Shown here piece by piece: positions 1 through 17,114 of a stretch of 64,000 nucleotides of DNA. This DNA comes from Eledone cirrhosa. Its lineage: Eukaryota. The stretch's first letter is position 1, and every line of letters starts with the position of its first letter. Location: the NCBI GenBank assembly GCA_964016885.1, contig CAXHJY010001637.1, positions 1 to 64,000 on the forward strand. The letters run 5' to 3'. The notes below the pieces were generated by a model. It ran no database searches. It worked only from the letters and a program-made list of their open reading frames with translations, and was not told where the DNA came from. The position numbers and the translations under genes were made by a program.

Positions 1-1344
<1,344 letters not shown>

Positions 1345-1366
1345 GGAGCAAACCTATATATATATA

Positions 1367-1496
<130 letters not shown>

Positions 1497-1522
1497 TATA
1501 TGCATATATATATATATATATA

Positions 1523-1563
<41 letters not shown>

Positions 1564-1566
<3 letters not shown>

Positions 1567-1621
1567 CCAGTAAGACCCCGACAGCTGAGCTCAAGCCGTT
1601 TCGACGGCTAATTCTGGACTC
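1564..1621 (-). mobile_element. 58-bp solo 3'-terminal fragment of the element ending at 14466 (3' half of its HHR)
   Basis: Near-exact reverse complement of 14808-14864 and 14413-14464; (TA)n on both sides; truncated within HHR stem II. Confidence 0.85.
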
Positions 1622-1760
<139 letters not shown>

Positions 1761-1770
1761 TATATATAAA

Positions 1771-1806
<36 letters not shown>

Positions 1807-1827
1807 TATACATATATATATATATAT

Positions 1828-1870
<43 letters not shown>

Positions 1871-1898
1871 TATATATATATATATATATATGCATATA

Positions 1899-2010
<112 letters not shown>

Positions 2011-2224
2011 CACATTTTAGAACAGCATTAACGAAGCTTTAGGCTGCGGCTAAGGTAACGAATGCAAATTCGGAATGTAGGTTTAGCACTCGATAGAGAA
2101 TAATACCCTAGAGTAATAACAATATATTTAGACAGCTTTGCAAATCAAATATAGCGATCGGCAGTCCAGCTGCATTGCCATAGCAACGAAAACAATCCTG
2201 GACCCTTGGAATTGATGGTAAAAT

Positions 2225-2327
2225 CCAGTACAGTGTTTCTGCGACACCTAAATCAATAATACTGTCTGTTGAAAACAATAAGCTTTTGGTATAATGATCG
2301 AACGAAGAATATCAAGTTATCAACAGG
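2225..2327 (-). ncRNA. Possible degenerate type I HHR, U3-A8 core, long stem II
   Basis: Minus strand: CCUG-UUGAUAA-[~75 nt, wobble-rich UGAUAUU/GGUGUCG]-GAAA-CACUG-UA-CUGG. Stem I has one mismatch. Confidence 0.35.
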
Positions 2328-3147
2328 TATTTTGTTCTGCACCAGTGTTGTAGATGACACAGTGTTTAGTAAAAGCACATGTGTAACTCACAGGGGAAAA
2401 ACCCCAGATTTTGGCAAATGAATTCAGTATGTGTAAATCCATGCAAAAAATTGCATAAATAGCACAAATCGAATTAGCTCTCGACCGGGTAGTATTTAAA
2501 ATAAACTTATGCCATTAATCTGTCAATAGAATTATTAACAGGTTAATATATATATTTAGTTATGTAATAAACAACATAAGATAATTATTTCATTTACCAG
2601 TGGTTTCTTGAGGACAGATATTCATATCTGTCTTCAGTCATCAGAAAGAATAGTAAGGAATGTTTATTAAATATGGATTTGAAAACAAAGTTGAGAAAAT
2701 ATGAAAGTGAGGCTGAAATCAAATAACAGGGCAAAAATTGAGGGGAAAAATATATAAATAAATATCCAGAACATAAACATACACACACTCAAAACACACG
2801 CTTCTACGTAATTGTACGTAAACTCTTTTACTCTTTTACGTATACGTTCTCACATAAGTGTATGTTCGTCTACATGGAAATACGAACACACACATATAAA
2901 CCTGTGATCTTTTGCTCATATATGCGCACACACAGGCGCACACTCACAAAGGTACTCAATAATAACGTTAAATCTATATATACACACATGCATATCTCTC
3001 CGTACACATATACACAATTATCTATATATATATACACATATACATCCACACTCATATATATATACACACAAACACACACACATACATCTCTATACATACA
3101 TGCACGTATATTAACATACACACACACACATATACATATATATATAA

Positions 3148-3922
<775 letters not shown>

Positions 3923-4523
3923 CATAAACGGAGAAAGCTATTAGTGATACTCCGACCAATTTCCAACTCACTCAACAAACATTAGGAAATACCGGAGTAT
4001 ATTCCCAATTAATCGTTTGGGGTGCTAATTATATTGTATTGTGTAGATAATTGGCTGTATTATTTTATATGAGATATATTAAATATCTCATTTCCCAAAT
4101 GAATCGTTTCATTATAAGATTTCTACATGGTGGGTGAAATTATACCAAGTTATGTAGAAGCTTGTGTAAGATCAATGGATTCTTATTCAAGTGGGCCCTT
4201 ATAAATCTTCAGTGGGTGCCCAATAATATTAATATTAATAACTAAATCAATATCAATATTTAGCGATAATCACCATCAGTGCTAGAAGGAACTGTTAGGT
4301 TGTAAGTCCAGCAGTTCTAAAAAAAATCTCACAATGTCCCGAAAATGGGAGGAGGAGGTTACCGCCAATATATATATATGCACATACATATATTTATATG
4401 TACAAACCGTTAGGAAGTAGATCGGAGACAGATATAAAAAAACAAAGTTAAAAAAATATATATAAGACAAAAATGTATATATATATATACAAACACACAC
4501 ACATCACACGCACACGCACACAC

Positions 4524-4584
<61 letters not shown>

Positions 4585-4585
<1 letters not shown>

Positions 4586-4790
4586 CAGAGTATAAATATT
4601 TCATATAGAAATGGCTTCTACAGGACTAGAACTGTTTCGGGAGAAATCAACAGGCTTCCCGATGGTTTCTCTCGAATGAAACAGTTCTAGTCCTGTAGAA
4701 GCCATTTTTGTATTAAATATTTGTACTCTGCTTTGTATTGAGGACCTTACTTACCGTGGTTACCCCCGATAGAACCCGGGATGAACTTAT
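4585..4790. mobile_element. Short fold-back insertion in (TA)n centred on a hairpin preceding GAAAC
   Basis: 4585-4638 is the inverse of 4678-4731. The centre cgggagaaatca...tggtttctctcg is itself a hairpin. The right arm has a ~55-bp extra tail. Confidence 0.75.
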
Positions 4791-4798
4791 ATATATAT

Positions 4799-4847
<49 letters not shown>

Positions 4848-4900
4848 TATATATATATTATATATATTATATATATATATATCTTATATATATATATATT

Positions 4901-5067
<167 letters not shown>

Positions 5068-5308
5068 TATATATATATATATTATATATATAATATATAT
5101 ATATATATATTATATATATAATATATATATATATATATTATATATATAATATATATATATATATATAATATATATAATATATATATATATATTATATATA
5201 TAATATATATATATAATATATATAATATATATATATATATTATATATATTATATATATATAAATATATTATATATATAATATATATATATATATAATATA
5301 TATAATAT

Positions 5309-5353
<45 letters not shown>

Positions 5354-5450
5354 ATATATATATATTATATATATAATATATATAATATATATATTATATA
5401 TATAATATATATATATATATATAAAATATATATATATATATTATATATAT

Positions 5451-5499
<49 letters not shown>

Positions 5500-5512
5500 A
5501 TATATATATATT

Positions 5513-5566
<54 letters not shown>

Positions 5567-5582
5567 ATATATTATATATATA

Positions 5583-5613
<31 letters not shown>

Positions 5614-5621
5614 ATATATAT

Positions 5622-5677
<56 letters not shown>

Positions 5678-5681
5678 ATAA

Positions 5682-5717
<36 letters not shown>

Positions 5718-5835
5718 ATATATATATATATTATATATATATTATATAAATATATATATATATATATTATATATATATATTATATATATATATATATAAT
5801 ATATATATATTATATATATATATATTATATATATA

Positions 5836-5884
<49 letters not shown>

Positions 5885-5961
5885 ATATTATATATATATT
5901 ATATATATATATATATATTATATATATATATATATATTAATTTATTAAAATAACAGATTAA

Positions 5962-6012
5962 AGTTTAAGCAAAGAATCGGTGCTTTCACCCTTAACAGGA
6001 TCTTCTGAAACT
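5962..6012 (-). ncRNA. Type I HHR motif, variant core CAGAAGA
   Basis: Minus strand: AGUUU-CAGAAGA-UCCU(GUUA)AGGG-U-GAAA-GCA[ccgauucuu]UGC-UU-AAACU. Stems I, II and III all pair. Confidence 0.6.
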
Positions 6013-6939
6013 AACAAAGTCAATCTGTAAACGCAGAACTGGATATTTCAAAAAAGGTTGCAACCGGAGGAAGACAGGAAGACGATAGTTTGGTTCGTGG
6101 GAACGTTCGCTGGCTAGGAACGGGAAAAAACGAATAATACGTCATTAATAGGAGCGGTGAAAAACAATTACGCGCAAAGACAGAACCACGTTTATGGTAT
6201 AAAAGAGGTCGTAGACTAACGTTCTCTTAGGTGGTGCATAGAGACGTTCTCTGGCAATGAACGAAAAAACGAAGATAATAAGTCATATGTGGGGCGTGGA
6301 GAACAATAACACGCAAAGACAAAACTACGTAAATGGTATAGCAGAAATCGTAGACTAAATTCTAACTAGGAGACCAAATGAATCTCCGCTACAGAGTTAA
6401 GAACAAAGTAAATAAATACTATACAGAGGTAATAGAAACAAATAAATACATACACGCAAACAGATACGTACATACACAAGCATACGCAAAACCTTACCAT
6501 GGGTATACAAAACCACGCACATATAAATATGTGTGTGTGTGTATGCTTGTGTACAAATAAATAAATAATTATATAAACGTATATAAGTAAATAAATACGT
6601 ATATAACAAGCGCACACGCATACCTACATATAAATAGACGGAAGTTCGGAGACGTAAGTCAACTAAAACAAGAAGTACACATATACACACACCCACCATA
6701 CGTACGAACCTGCACATTCACGCGGACGCAAAACTCCCGTATACACATAGCCAAACCCTAAATACCAGAATATGTAAAAATGATACGCTATAACAGTCAA
6801 ATATACGTACGAGAAGGTATACATACCTTCACAAAACATACGGGTAATAAATACTTACCTATGCAAATAAGTAAAGGAATAAACAAAACATATACTTAGC
6901 TCCCACATCAAGACGTAAAATATCCACGTATAGATCGTG

Positions 6940-7611
6940 CTATCCGTTAGGGTATAACGTGGGGCTGTAATACACGAAGGTTTTGTGCAATTTATGTTTA
7001 CAAGCCGAAATTGCCTCAGATTTTTTGTTTAAGATGTGGTCTGTAGCGTAGAGTATTTCCAGGGCCTCAGCGGCGCAGAGGTCACATGGTCTTTTATTTC
7101 CGTTATACGATCTAGCCCTAGCTAGGATCTCCCAGTGTAACTTATATTGGGTGTGGTTGTCTTTTAGACTCCAGATATAAGCTGAAAGTGACGTCATATT
7201 CCTTCTTAGAGAGTAACGAAAAGAATGGGTATGCATGTAAAGACGATGCTTGAAACTATTGGCGGTTAACCCTATGTAGGCCCTACGGGACGTGGGTGTT
7301 ACAACCTTACATTTGTAGACAATGTTACTAGAGAGGCATTTCCCGGATAGGGGGCAATCAGCCCGATTCCTACAATTACAGTTAGTACTAACTACAGGGT
7401 TGCACGTGTTCCTACGTCTAGGTAGTTTAGCTGAATTTGAAGCTGTGATGTTATGTGCAAGGTTAGGAGTCGTAGAGTAAGAAATTTTAATAGTATTTCT
7501 ATTAAAAATTTTACTATATTTATGTGTAGGGGGAAAATGCTTCGTAATAAGGGAAAGAAAGATCTTAGCTAATGGTGTGGCCACCTCCATATTATATGGT
7601 GGGTTAAACCA
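6940..7611 (-). pseudogene. PLE linker + GIY-YIG endonuclease, open frame, RT missing
   Basis: WFNPPY...KIFNRNTIKISYS...CNCRNRADCPLSGKCL..NIVYKC...YIGLT..FKHR...H..SF...CDLC...CKH. Confidence 0.9.
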
Positions 7612-7673
7612 AAATAAAGTACCAGTAATGCACTGTGTAATTGCTGGCCTTGTGCCTAAAGTAGAAACAATTA
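7611..7673 (+). mobile_element. SINE 3'-end fragment joined head-to-head to the PLE fragment
   Basis: aaaataaagtaccagtaatgcactgtgtaattgctggccttgtgcctaaagtagaaacaatta matches the reverse complement of 37933-37996 and 62098-62159. Confidence 0.85.
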
Positions 7674-7712
7674 TATATATTATATATATATATAATATAT
7701 ATATATATATAT

Positions 7713-7754
<42 letters not shown>

Positions 7755-8058
7755 TATGTATATATATATTATATATATATATAATATATATATATATATA
7801 ATATATATATATATATTATATATATTATATATACATATAATATATATATATATATATTATATATATATAATATATATATATTATATATATATATAATGTA
7901 TATAATATATATATAAATATATAATATATATATATAATATATATATATATTAATATATATATATATATATATAATATATATATTATATATATATATATAT
8001 ATAATATATATATATATAATATATATATATTTAATATATATATATATTATATATATAT

Positions 8059-8113
<55 letters not shown>

Positions 8114-8329
8114 TATGTATATAATATATATATATAATATATATATATATTAACATATATATATATATAATATATATATATAATATATATATATATAATA
8201 TATATATATATAATATATATATATTATAATATATATATATAATATATATATTATATATATATATATATAATATATATATATATAATATATATATATTATA
8301 TATATATATAGATAATATATATATATTAT

Positions 8330-8735
8330 ATAGTATTAGTTATACTATTTATGGTTATGAAAATACAAAACCCCAAGCAGTTGTAAGTATTTTACACACA
8401 CCCTAAATAGTTGTAGGCAGTAATGTATTACTACCGTATTACCAGTAAGTTAAGTAGCTCAATGTAAAAACATCAGATGATTTACAGAGCAGTTATATGA
8501 AATATAAGAATCAAAGAACTGCTCAAAACATTATTGTGCTTACAGCTGTTTCCTCCAAACCGAGGTTTGGATTCTTCAGAGCAATTTATTAATGCATGGA
8601 CAGTTATATGACCTCCTTTTCAGCCGAGGGACATACCAATAGATATTCAAACATTGATACGGTTTGGAGGAAACAGCTGTAAGCACAATAATGTTTTGAG
8701 CAGTTCTTTGATTCTTATATTTCATATATTTCATA
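8330..8735. mobile_element. Asymmetric fold-back insertion of an HHR-bearing terminus
   Basis: 8494-8562 is the exact inverse of 8660-8728. The short arm begins at the stem II loop. The long arm is homologous to 10145-10440. Confidence 0.9.
8537..8583 (-). ncRNA. Minimal type I HHR, canonical core, palindromic stem III
   Basis: UGCU-CUGAAGA-A-UCCAAACC(UC)GGUUUGGA-G-GAAA-CAGCUG-UA-AGCA. Confidence 0.85.
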
Positions 8736-10355
8736 TATATTATATATATATATATATAATATATATATATATTAATATATATATATATATATAATATATA
8801 TATATAGTATATAATATATATATATATATATAATATATATATATTATAATATATATATATAATATATATATTATATATATATATATATAATATATATATA
8901 TTAATATATATATATTATGTATATATATATATATATATAATATATATATATATTAATATATATATATAATATATATATATATATAATATATATATATATA
9001 ATATATATATATTATAATATATATATATAATATATATATATTATATATATATATATAATATATATATATATTATATATATATATATAATATAATATATAT
9101 ATATATTATATATATATATATATAAATATATATATATATTATATATATATATATATAATATAATATATATATATTATATATATAAATATAATATATATAT
9201 ATATTATATATATATAATATAATATATATATATTATATATATATATAATAATATATATATAATATATATATATAATATATATATATATATAATATATATA
9301 TAATATATATATACATATATAATATATATATAATATATATATATTATATATATATATATAATATATATATAATAAAGATACATATATAATATATATATAA
9401 TATATATATATTATATATATAATATATATATATTATATATATATATATAATATATATATATATAATATATATATATAATATATATATATTATATATATAT
9501 ATAATATATATATATATATTAATATATATATATATATAATATATATATATAATATATATATATATAATATATATATATATAATATATATATATAATATAT
9601 ATATATTATAATATATATATATAATATATATATTATATATATATATATAATATATATATATATATAATATATATAATATATATATATAATATATATATAT
9701 ATTATATATATATATATTATATATATATATATTATATATATATATATATATTATATATATATATATAATATATATAATATATATATATAATATATATATA
9801 TATATATTGTATATATATATATATATATATAATATATATATATATCTCATATATATATATATATGAATATAATATATATATAAAATATATATATATATAT
9901 AATATATATATATATATATAATATATATATATATATATTATATATATATAATATATATATATATATATAATATATATATATATATAATATATATATATTA
10001 TATATATAATATATATATATAATATATATATATATTATATATATATATATAATATATATATATTATATATATATATAATATATATATATATATAATATAT
10101 ATATATATTATATATATATATATATATTATATATATATATATTATAAGTATTAAGGGTACTATTTATGGCTATGTATGCAATAAAACCTTTAATAGTAAT
10201 ATATTATATATACACAAACCTTAAATAGTGAAAGATAGTCATTAATTACTATCCTATTACCAGTAAGATAAATAGCTCAATGTTATAACATCAGTTGTTT
10301 TACAGAGCAGTTATATAGAGATTACAATAATCAAAGTTCAGTTTAAGTCATTTAT

Positions 10356-10404
10356 TTGCTTACAATTGTTTCCTCCAAACCGAGGTTTGGTTTCTTCGGA
10401 GCAA
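10356..10404 (-). ncRNA. Minimal type I HHR, U4C core (CCGAAGA)
   Basis: UUGCU-CCGAAGA-AA-CCAAACC(UC)GGUUUGG-AG-GAAA-CAAUUG-UA-AGCAA. Confidence 0.7.
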
Positions 10405-11247
10405 CTATTTACTGATCTATAACATACTTGACCTCCTTTTCAACCCAAGAGACACATAAAACATATGCGCATATTGATCAACAGTGGGGTGACATGCATC
10501 AAATGATATAGCATGGCAATTTACATATGAAGGTTACAGGATAAAGATAAAATAAAAACAAGAATGAAAATAAAGATAAACATGAAGCGTTGGCAGTCTA
10601 TGAAGATAAAGCAAGAGGAAAGTTTATAGTAGTCAGTGTATGAAACAGTCTCACGTGTAGCATGCACGCGTGTCTTATTTATACATGATTAGAGTGCGTC
10701 AGAATGATATTTGCAGGGTCAGGCAGTTGAAGCAGGCAATCGATCTTAGGCAATGAGCGAAGACAGTGGTACCGCTTTGCCTACGATACAATAAGGTTTT
10801 TAGTATGTGGAAAGTTTTTGATATTTTGGTGTTTCCTTGCATCCGAGACTGTATATCATACAGATGTATGAGAATAAATGACTTAATAATCCAGCCCACA
10901 TAATAAGATCGATTGCCTGCTTCAACTGCCTGACCCTGCAAATATCATTCTGACGCACTCTAATCATGTATAAATAAGACACGCGTGCATGCTACACGTG
11001 AGACTGTTTCATACAGTGACTACTATAAACTTTCCTCTTGCTTTATCTTCATAGACTGCCAACGCTTCATGTTTATCTTTATTTTCATTCTTGTTTTTAT
11101 TTTATTTTTATCCTGTAACCTTTATATGTAAACTGCCATGCTATATCATTTGATGCATGTCACCGCACTGTTGATCAATATGCGCATATGTTTTATGTGT
11201 CTCTTGGGTTGAAAAGGAGGTCAAGTATGTTATAGATCAGTAAATAG

Positions 11248-11296
11248 TTGCTCCGAAGAATCCAAACCTCGGTTTGGAGGAAACAATTGTAAGCAA
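11248..11296 (+). ncRNA. Minimal type I HHR, U4C core (CCGAAGA)
   Basis: ttgct-CCGAAGA-a-tccaaacc(tc)ggtttgga-g-GAAA-caattg-TA-agcaa. Confidence 0.75.
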
Positions 11297-11367
11297 ATAA
11301 ATGACTTAAACTGAACTTTGATTATTGTAATCTCTATAAATATATTATATATATATACAATATATAT

Positions 11368-11399
<32 letters not shown>

Positions 11400-11489
11400 A
11401 TATATATATATATATATAATATATATATATTATATATTAAAACTAAATATATATATATATATATTAAATATATATATATATATTAAAAA

Positions 11490-12137
11490 CTAAATATTAA
11501 AACCCACATTGCTAAACTATTTTTTAATGCTCTTGACAAACGCTTCCCTAGAACACATAAATATCACTCAATTTTTAATAGACATACTATAAAATTAACT
11601 TACTCGTCCACCAAAAATTTAGCACAAAATATTAACAGAATAAATAATAGGAATCTAAAACCTAGCCAAAATACCGATAATAGCCTAAACAATATTCAAT
11701 TAAACAACTGTAACTGTAGAAATAAATCTAAATGTCCGTTAAATAACAATTGCTTAGTTAAAAATATAATATACAATTGTAATGTTAAAACTAACTTAAA
11801 TTCTTTTAACTATGTTGGTTCCACCTCGACAGAATTTAAACTTCGCTATAATAATCATAAGAATTCTTTCACAGATCCAAGCAAAAAATCTTCAACTTCA
11901 CTATCAGGCTTACTCTGGCAACTTAAACATGATAACGTTGGATATTCGTTGTTTTGGAATATAGTCTCAAGAGGGATTCCTTTTAATTCCTCATCTGAGA
12001 CATGTGACCTCTGCGTGGAGGAGATATTCTTTATATTAAAATCTAAAAATTCCCTTAATTTAAGGAGCAATTTATTCAGTTGCTGCAGACATAGATTGAA
12101 CTCAACGTTTAAATATAAATATAAATTTAAAATGTAG
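11490..12137 (+). pseudogene. Second PLE linker + GIY-YIG endonuclease (Hydra-like), open frame without ATG, mostly missed by the ORF track
   Basis: Manual translation from 11490: LNIKTHIAKLFFNALDKRFPRTHKYHSIFNRHTIKLTYS...CNCRNKSKCPLNNNCLVKNIIYNC...YVGSTSTEFKLRYNNHKNSF...CDLCVEE...CCRH; in frame with ORF 11949-12137. Confidence 0.9.
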
Positions 12138-12702
12138 TATATTTAGTTAAGATATTTAATTAATTATGAAACCTGACGATACATCTTTCGATTCCTTCAA
12201 CTTTTTCTTTTAAACCTTCTTCATAAATATATACTAATGATGTAATTAAACTACCCTAAAATGTTGATGCTCCCAATCTATTGAATACATTTTACGCTAG
12301 ATAAACTTCTATACTAAATATAAGGGCATCTGTAGAACAACAGGGTCTCCTAAATCTTTTAAATGATTTCTGCTAAATAAGTTTTGTTGAATAATCTTTG
12401 GTTTTTTGTCTGCTTTTTGATTCTGATTGCTTCTAATGAACTTGACAATATATTGTCAGATAAATTGGAAGGGTAGATTTCTGTGGTTGATATGGGGGGC
12501 ATACTGTGTTTTTTACGGCCCTAGATACTCTAGGGAGTGATGAAAATATTCTTAACGTTTTGATATCTCTGTGCCGATATATTAATATCTGTTGTCTCTG
12601 TGCAAAGGCCATATGTATTAATATGAATATGGAATGATTACAGAGTATACTCTATTTTATCTGTTTATTTTATCTGTCCATGTACATATATGTGCGCACG
12701 CA

Positions 12703-12734
<32 letters not shown>

Positions 12735-13917
12735 GCTATAGTTCTGGATATTTTACAGATATGTATAATATTCTATACATGAACGATAATCATGTATGTG
12801 AGGGCAGGAATGTTAATATTAATATATATTTTTATGTATATATATGTATGTATATATATATGTATAGTAAAATCTTTTATAACACAAGGGAAAATTTTTT
12901 CCTGTGAAATAAGAAATTACAGAGTTGTTCACGTAAGATCACGGGTATGTCTATAGCGTCAACTAGAACTTGAGCTGACCTTCTCTTTTTCTCTTTCTTT
13001 CCTTTTCCGGAAAGTACATATATACTTATGTATTTCCGTATTTTTTGAAGTTTTATCTCAGTTTTTGGTACATCGACCTAAGAATTTTTAAACTAAACAT
13101 ATGGTCATTATTTTTCACACATTATTTATCTATGTCTCATTCATGAATATTGATATTTACATTATAATACCCAATTCATATGAATTGATAATTCAAATTG
13201 ATAGGACATAACGTAAAGTTGTAAATCTATCATCCTTCTCTCTAGATATAGCTCTTTCTTCTCCCTCTTTACACATGAGGAAATTTAAGTATCGATTATT
13301 TTAACTTTGCCTCTCGAGCTTCTCTCTTGTTTTCTCTCTTACTTCTCTCCTATTTCTCTCACCTCCCCATATATAATTATTATTATTTGGTCTACCTCTT
13401 TTTCCCCCCACCTCTATCTTTCTCTACCTCTCTGTTTTTTCTTTATTTATTTTTTATTTCTCTCCGTCTCCTATATTTCTTAGTGGCATCTTTGCTTTAA
13501 TTTCTCGTTTATCTAGTATTTCTTTCTTCTTTTTCCCTTTTTTGGGGGTGGGTGGGTGTGGGTGGGTGTGTGTTCCTGTATTAATTTTCCGTTCTTTACT
13601 TCGTACGATCTTTCATGTAGCTTGTATAAGACTTTTTTGTTTCGTGGCGGTACCCTTAGAGTTAGCACTAGTATTTTTTTGCGGGAACCTGAAATATATT
13701 CTCGTACAAGTTTACTTTCTTGCACTGGGTGGTTGCTGGCCCTGTGATTGGGGTAGAAACCTTTATTATTTTCGTGGTAGTCTCTTTAGTATTCTGCCCC
13801 CCCCCCCTTTGTTGACCCGTCACCGTACGATACACGCACTTATACCTCGTATAAGGGTCCATTTATTTCCATCCCACCTAGTTTATTTCTATTATTATTA
13901 TTTATTTTTTATTCTAC

Positions 13918-13959
<42 letters not shown>

Positions 13960-14360
13960 TATTTTTTTTTTTAAATTTATTTATCTATTCTTTTATTCAC
14001 TTATTTGTTTATTTATTTATTTATGTATTTCTTTAGCCTAGCAATAGCGAAAGACTTAAATCTTAGTAACCAGATTTTGCTTATTTTTTTTCTCTCTCAG
14101 TACCTTTTATAGTTTTACCTTTCATTGTTCTACATACCGTTTGGACCTCCCCCCTCCCCTTCCCCAGTATCCTCTTTGACCTCACATCCAGCTGTAGCTG
14201 GCACTACCAACGCATGAATGGGTCTACTCCACCCCTCTCTCTTTTTCTCCTACCGGCAGGTTCAGCTACCCCTTCCCCCACCAACTTGCCATCACAGATT
14301 TACTACTAACTTGTGATGTGATCAATCCTGGTGATTATCTCTTTGACCATATATGGAATT

Positions 14361-14454
14361 ACCCCTTGATAAGTTCGGCTATTTAAATACCAGAATAAAT
14401 TTTCATTCAGTACAGAATTAGCCGTCGAAACGGCTTGAGCTCAGCCGTCGGGGT
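14361..14454 (+). ncRNA. Type I HHR with U3-A8 core, long stem II, GUC cleavage triplet (C17 at 14449)
   Basis: ACCCC-TTGATAA-G..CGGCTA[~40 nt]TAGCCG.C-GAAA-CGGCT(tgagctc)AGCCG-TC-GGGGT, then ~12 nt and (TA)n. It may terminate the PLE starting at 11490 (inference; would need a ~2.2-kb 3' UTR). Confidence 0.8.
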
Positions 14455-14464
14455 CTTACTTGTT

Positions 14465-14866
<402 letters not shown>

Positions 14867-14870
14867 TATA

Positions 14871-15159
<289 letters not shown>

Positions 15160-15427
15160 GTAGATAAATCTACCAAGAGTTTACGGTAGTGTCCAATCCG
15201 TATGAAGGACTCAATGTAATCCGGATATCATGGAAAGAAGAGATGCATTCAAAATCACTTTCGGTGAAAGATAAACGGAATACAGAGTCAAGATAAAGTA
15301 TTAAAAAAATAATGAATAAAACAATGAAACAGTTCCTTGTATTAAACAAAAAAAGTTCATGAACTTTTTTTGTTTAATATACGGAACTGTTTCATTGTTT
15401 TATTCATTATTTTTTTAATACTTTATG
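15160..15427. mobile_element. Spacer-less palindromic insertion (~67-bp arms) with a ~130-bp tail
   Basis: 15293-15359 / 15360-15426 around gttca|tgaac; (TA)n flanks; no HHR seen. Confidence 0.8.
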
Positions 15428-15453
15428 TATATATATATATGTATATATATATG

Positions 15454-15632
<179 letters not shown>

Positions 15633-15643
15633 ATATATATATG

Positions 15644-15742
<99 letters not shown>

Positions 15743-15822
15743 GTATATATGTATACTTTTTAAATGGAAGTTGAAGTTGTAAGGTATGTCAAATCTATCT
15801 ATTTATAAGACTGTTTATATTG

Positions 15823-15888
15823 TATTTTGTCTGATGAAGGCATACCATATTTTTAATATGATATCCCTGAAATATATATAATGAAATA
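15823..15888 (+). ncRNA. Minimal type I HHR in a ~265-bp island (15752-16017)
   Basis: tattttgt-CTGATGA-aggcataccatatt(ttt)aatatgatatccct-GAAA-tatata-TA-atgaaata; stem III region is an AT palindrome. Confidence 0.8.
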
Positions 15889-16014
15889 AATATGGTTTTA
15901 TAAATATAGTTTCCATTTATTTAATATCGTAAATATACTCCAAATACTTGTTGAGTGCTTTTATATCAGTTATAAATATTTACTCGTTGTAACCCAACAA
16001 TTCAAATAAAACTT

Positions 16015-16095
<81 letters not shown>

Positions 16096-16192
16096 GTATA
16101 TATATATGTATATATATATGTATATATATGTATATATATATATATATATATACGTATATATATGTATATATATATATATATGTATATATATG

Positions 16193-16243
<51 letters not shown>

Positions 16244-16304
16244 GTATATATATATATGTATATATATATATGTATATATATATATATGTATATATATATA
16301 TGTA

Positions 16305-16378
<74 letters not shown>

Positions 16379-16392
16379 TGTATATGTATATG

Positions 16393-16423
<31 letters not shown>

Positions 16424-16462
16424 GTATATATATATGTGTATATGTATATATATATATATATG

Positions 16463-16523
<61 letters not shown>

Positions 16524-16525
<2 letters not shown>

Positions 16526-16646
16526 AAGGCGGGTAAAATTCCCGAGATCCATGGACGAGTTCTCTCCAGCGGTCTCTGTCCCTCATTATCGCTGCCATAT
16601 CCTGCATCTCCAACAGACCAGTGTCTGTCCTTAGGGCATCAACATA
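16524..16646 (-). mobile_element. Extreme 3' fragment of an RTE-group LINE
   Basis: Manual translation [40 protein letters not shown], matching the RTE-type C-terminal 'DR..WR..V' pattern; the stop runs into (TA)n. Confidence 0.7.
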
Positions 16647-16870
16647 TATATATATTTCGTTTCTGAATTTGTTTAGCAAGATTCTTTATCTGAAATCGTG
16701 TGTTGAAACCGATATTGTTATACTTTGGGAGGGTCATGTTGCCGATAAGAAACACACGCACCAATTGTTTAACTTCAATTTATTATTATAATAAATTTAT
16801 AATAAATTTATAAATTTATAAATTTCTGGTTGGTTGGTTGGTTCCACAACCAGATAGTTGTTTATATATT

Positions 16871-16913
16871 GTCATAGTTCTTTCGTCACACACTCTGTGA
16901 CCTCTTCAGTGAC
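16871..16913 (-). ncRNA. Minimal type I HHR in the downstream pseudo-LTR
   Basis: GUCA-CUGAAGA-G-GUCAC(AGAGUGU)GUGAC-GAAA-GAAC-UA-UGAC. Confidence 0.8.
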
Positions 16914-17114
16914 TGGGGATTCCTTTCTTTGTTTCTGTGCCTCTCCTTTGTTCTGTCGTACGCTATTTTGTTTCTGTGTGTGTGTTGTGTGCTCAGTCTG
17001 CGCATGCGCCACATCCGGGTGTCTGTGTGTGTTTATGTTCATTTATTTATTTGTTTATTTACATGTTACTGGTTGGTTGCTTGTTCTATGTGTGTGTTTG
17101 TTTTCATTTTGTCC

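Larger units (their letters stand above)
5940..7612 (-). mobile_element. 5'-truncated Penelope-like element (Hydra-clade-like): endonuclease + ~1-kb 3' UTR + HHR
   Basis: GIY-YIG ORF at 6940-7611, HHR near the 3' end, terminus abuts (TA)n. Confidence 0.85.
10145..11340. mobile_element. Large fold-back insertion: ~435-bp near-identical inverted arms, ~155-bp spacer, ~170-bp tail on the left arm
   Basis: 10313-10748 is the inverse of 10904-11338 with few mismatches; (TA)n flanks; each arm carries an HHR. Confidence 0.93.

Noticed and set aside
4100-4185. Long hairpin followed by GAAAC on the minus strand
   Set aside because: The upstream core reads UUGAUCU and stems I and III do not form; at most a heavily decayed HHR.
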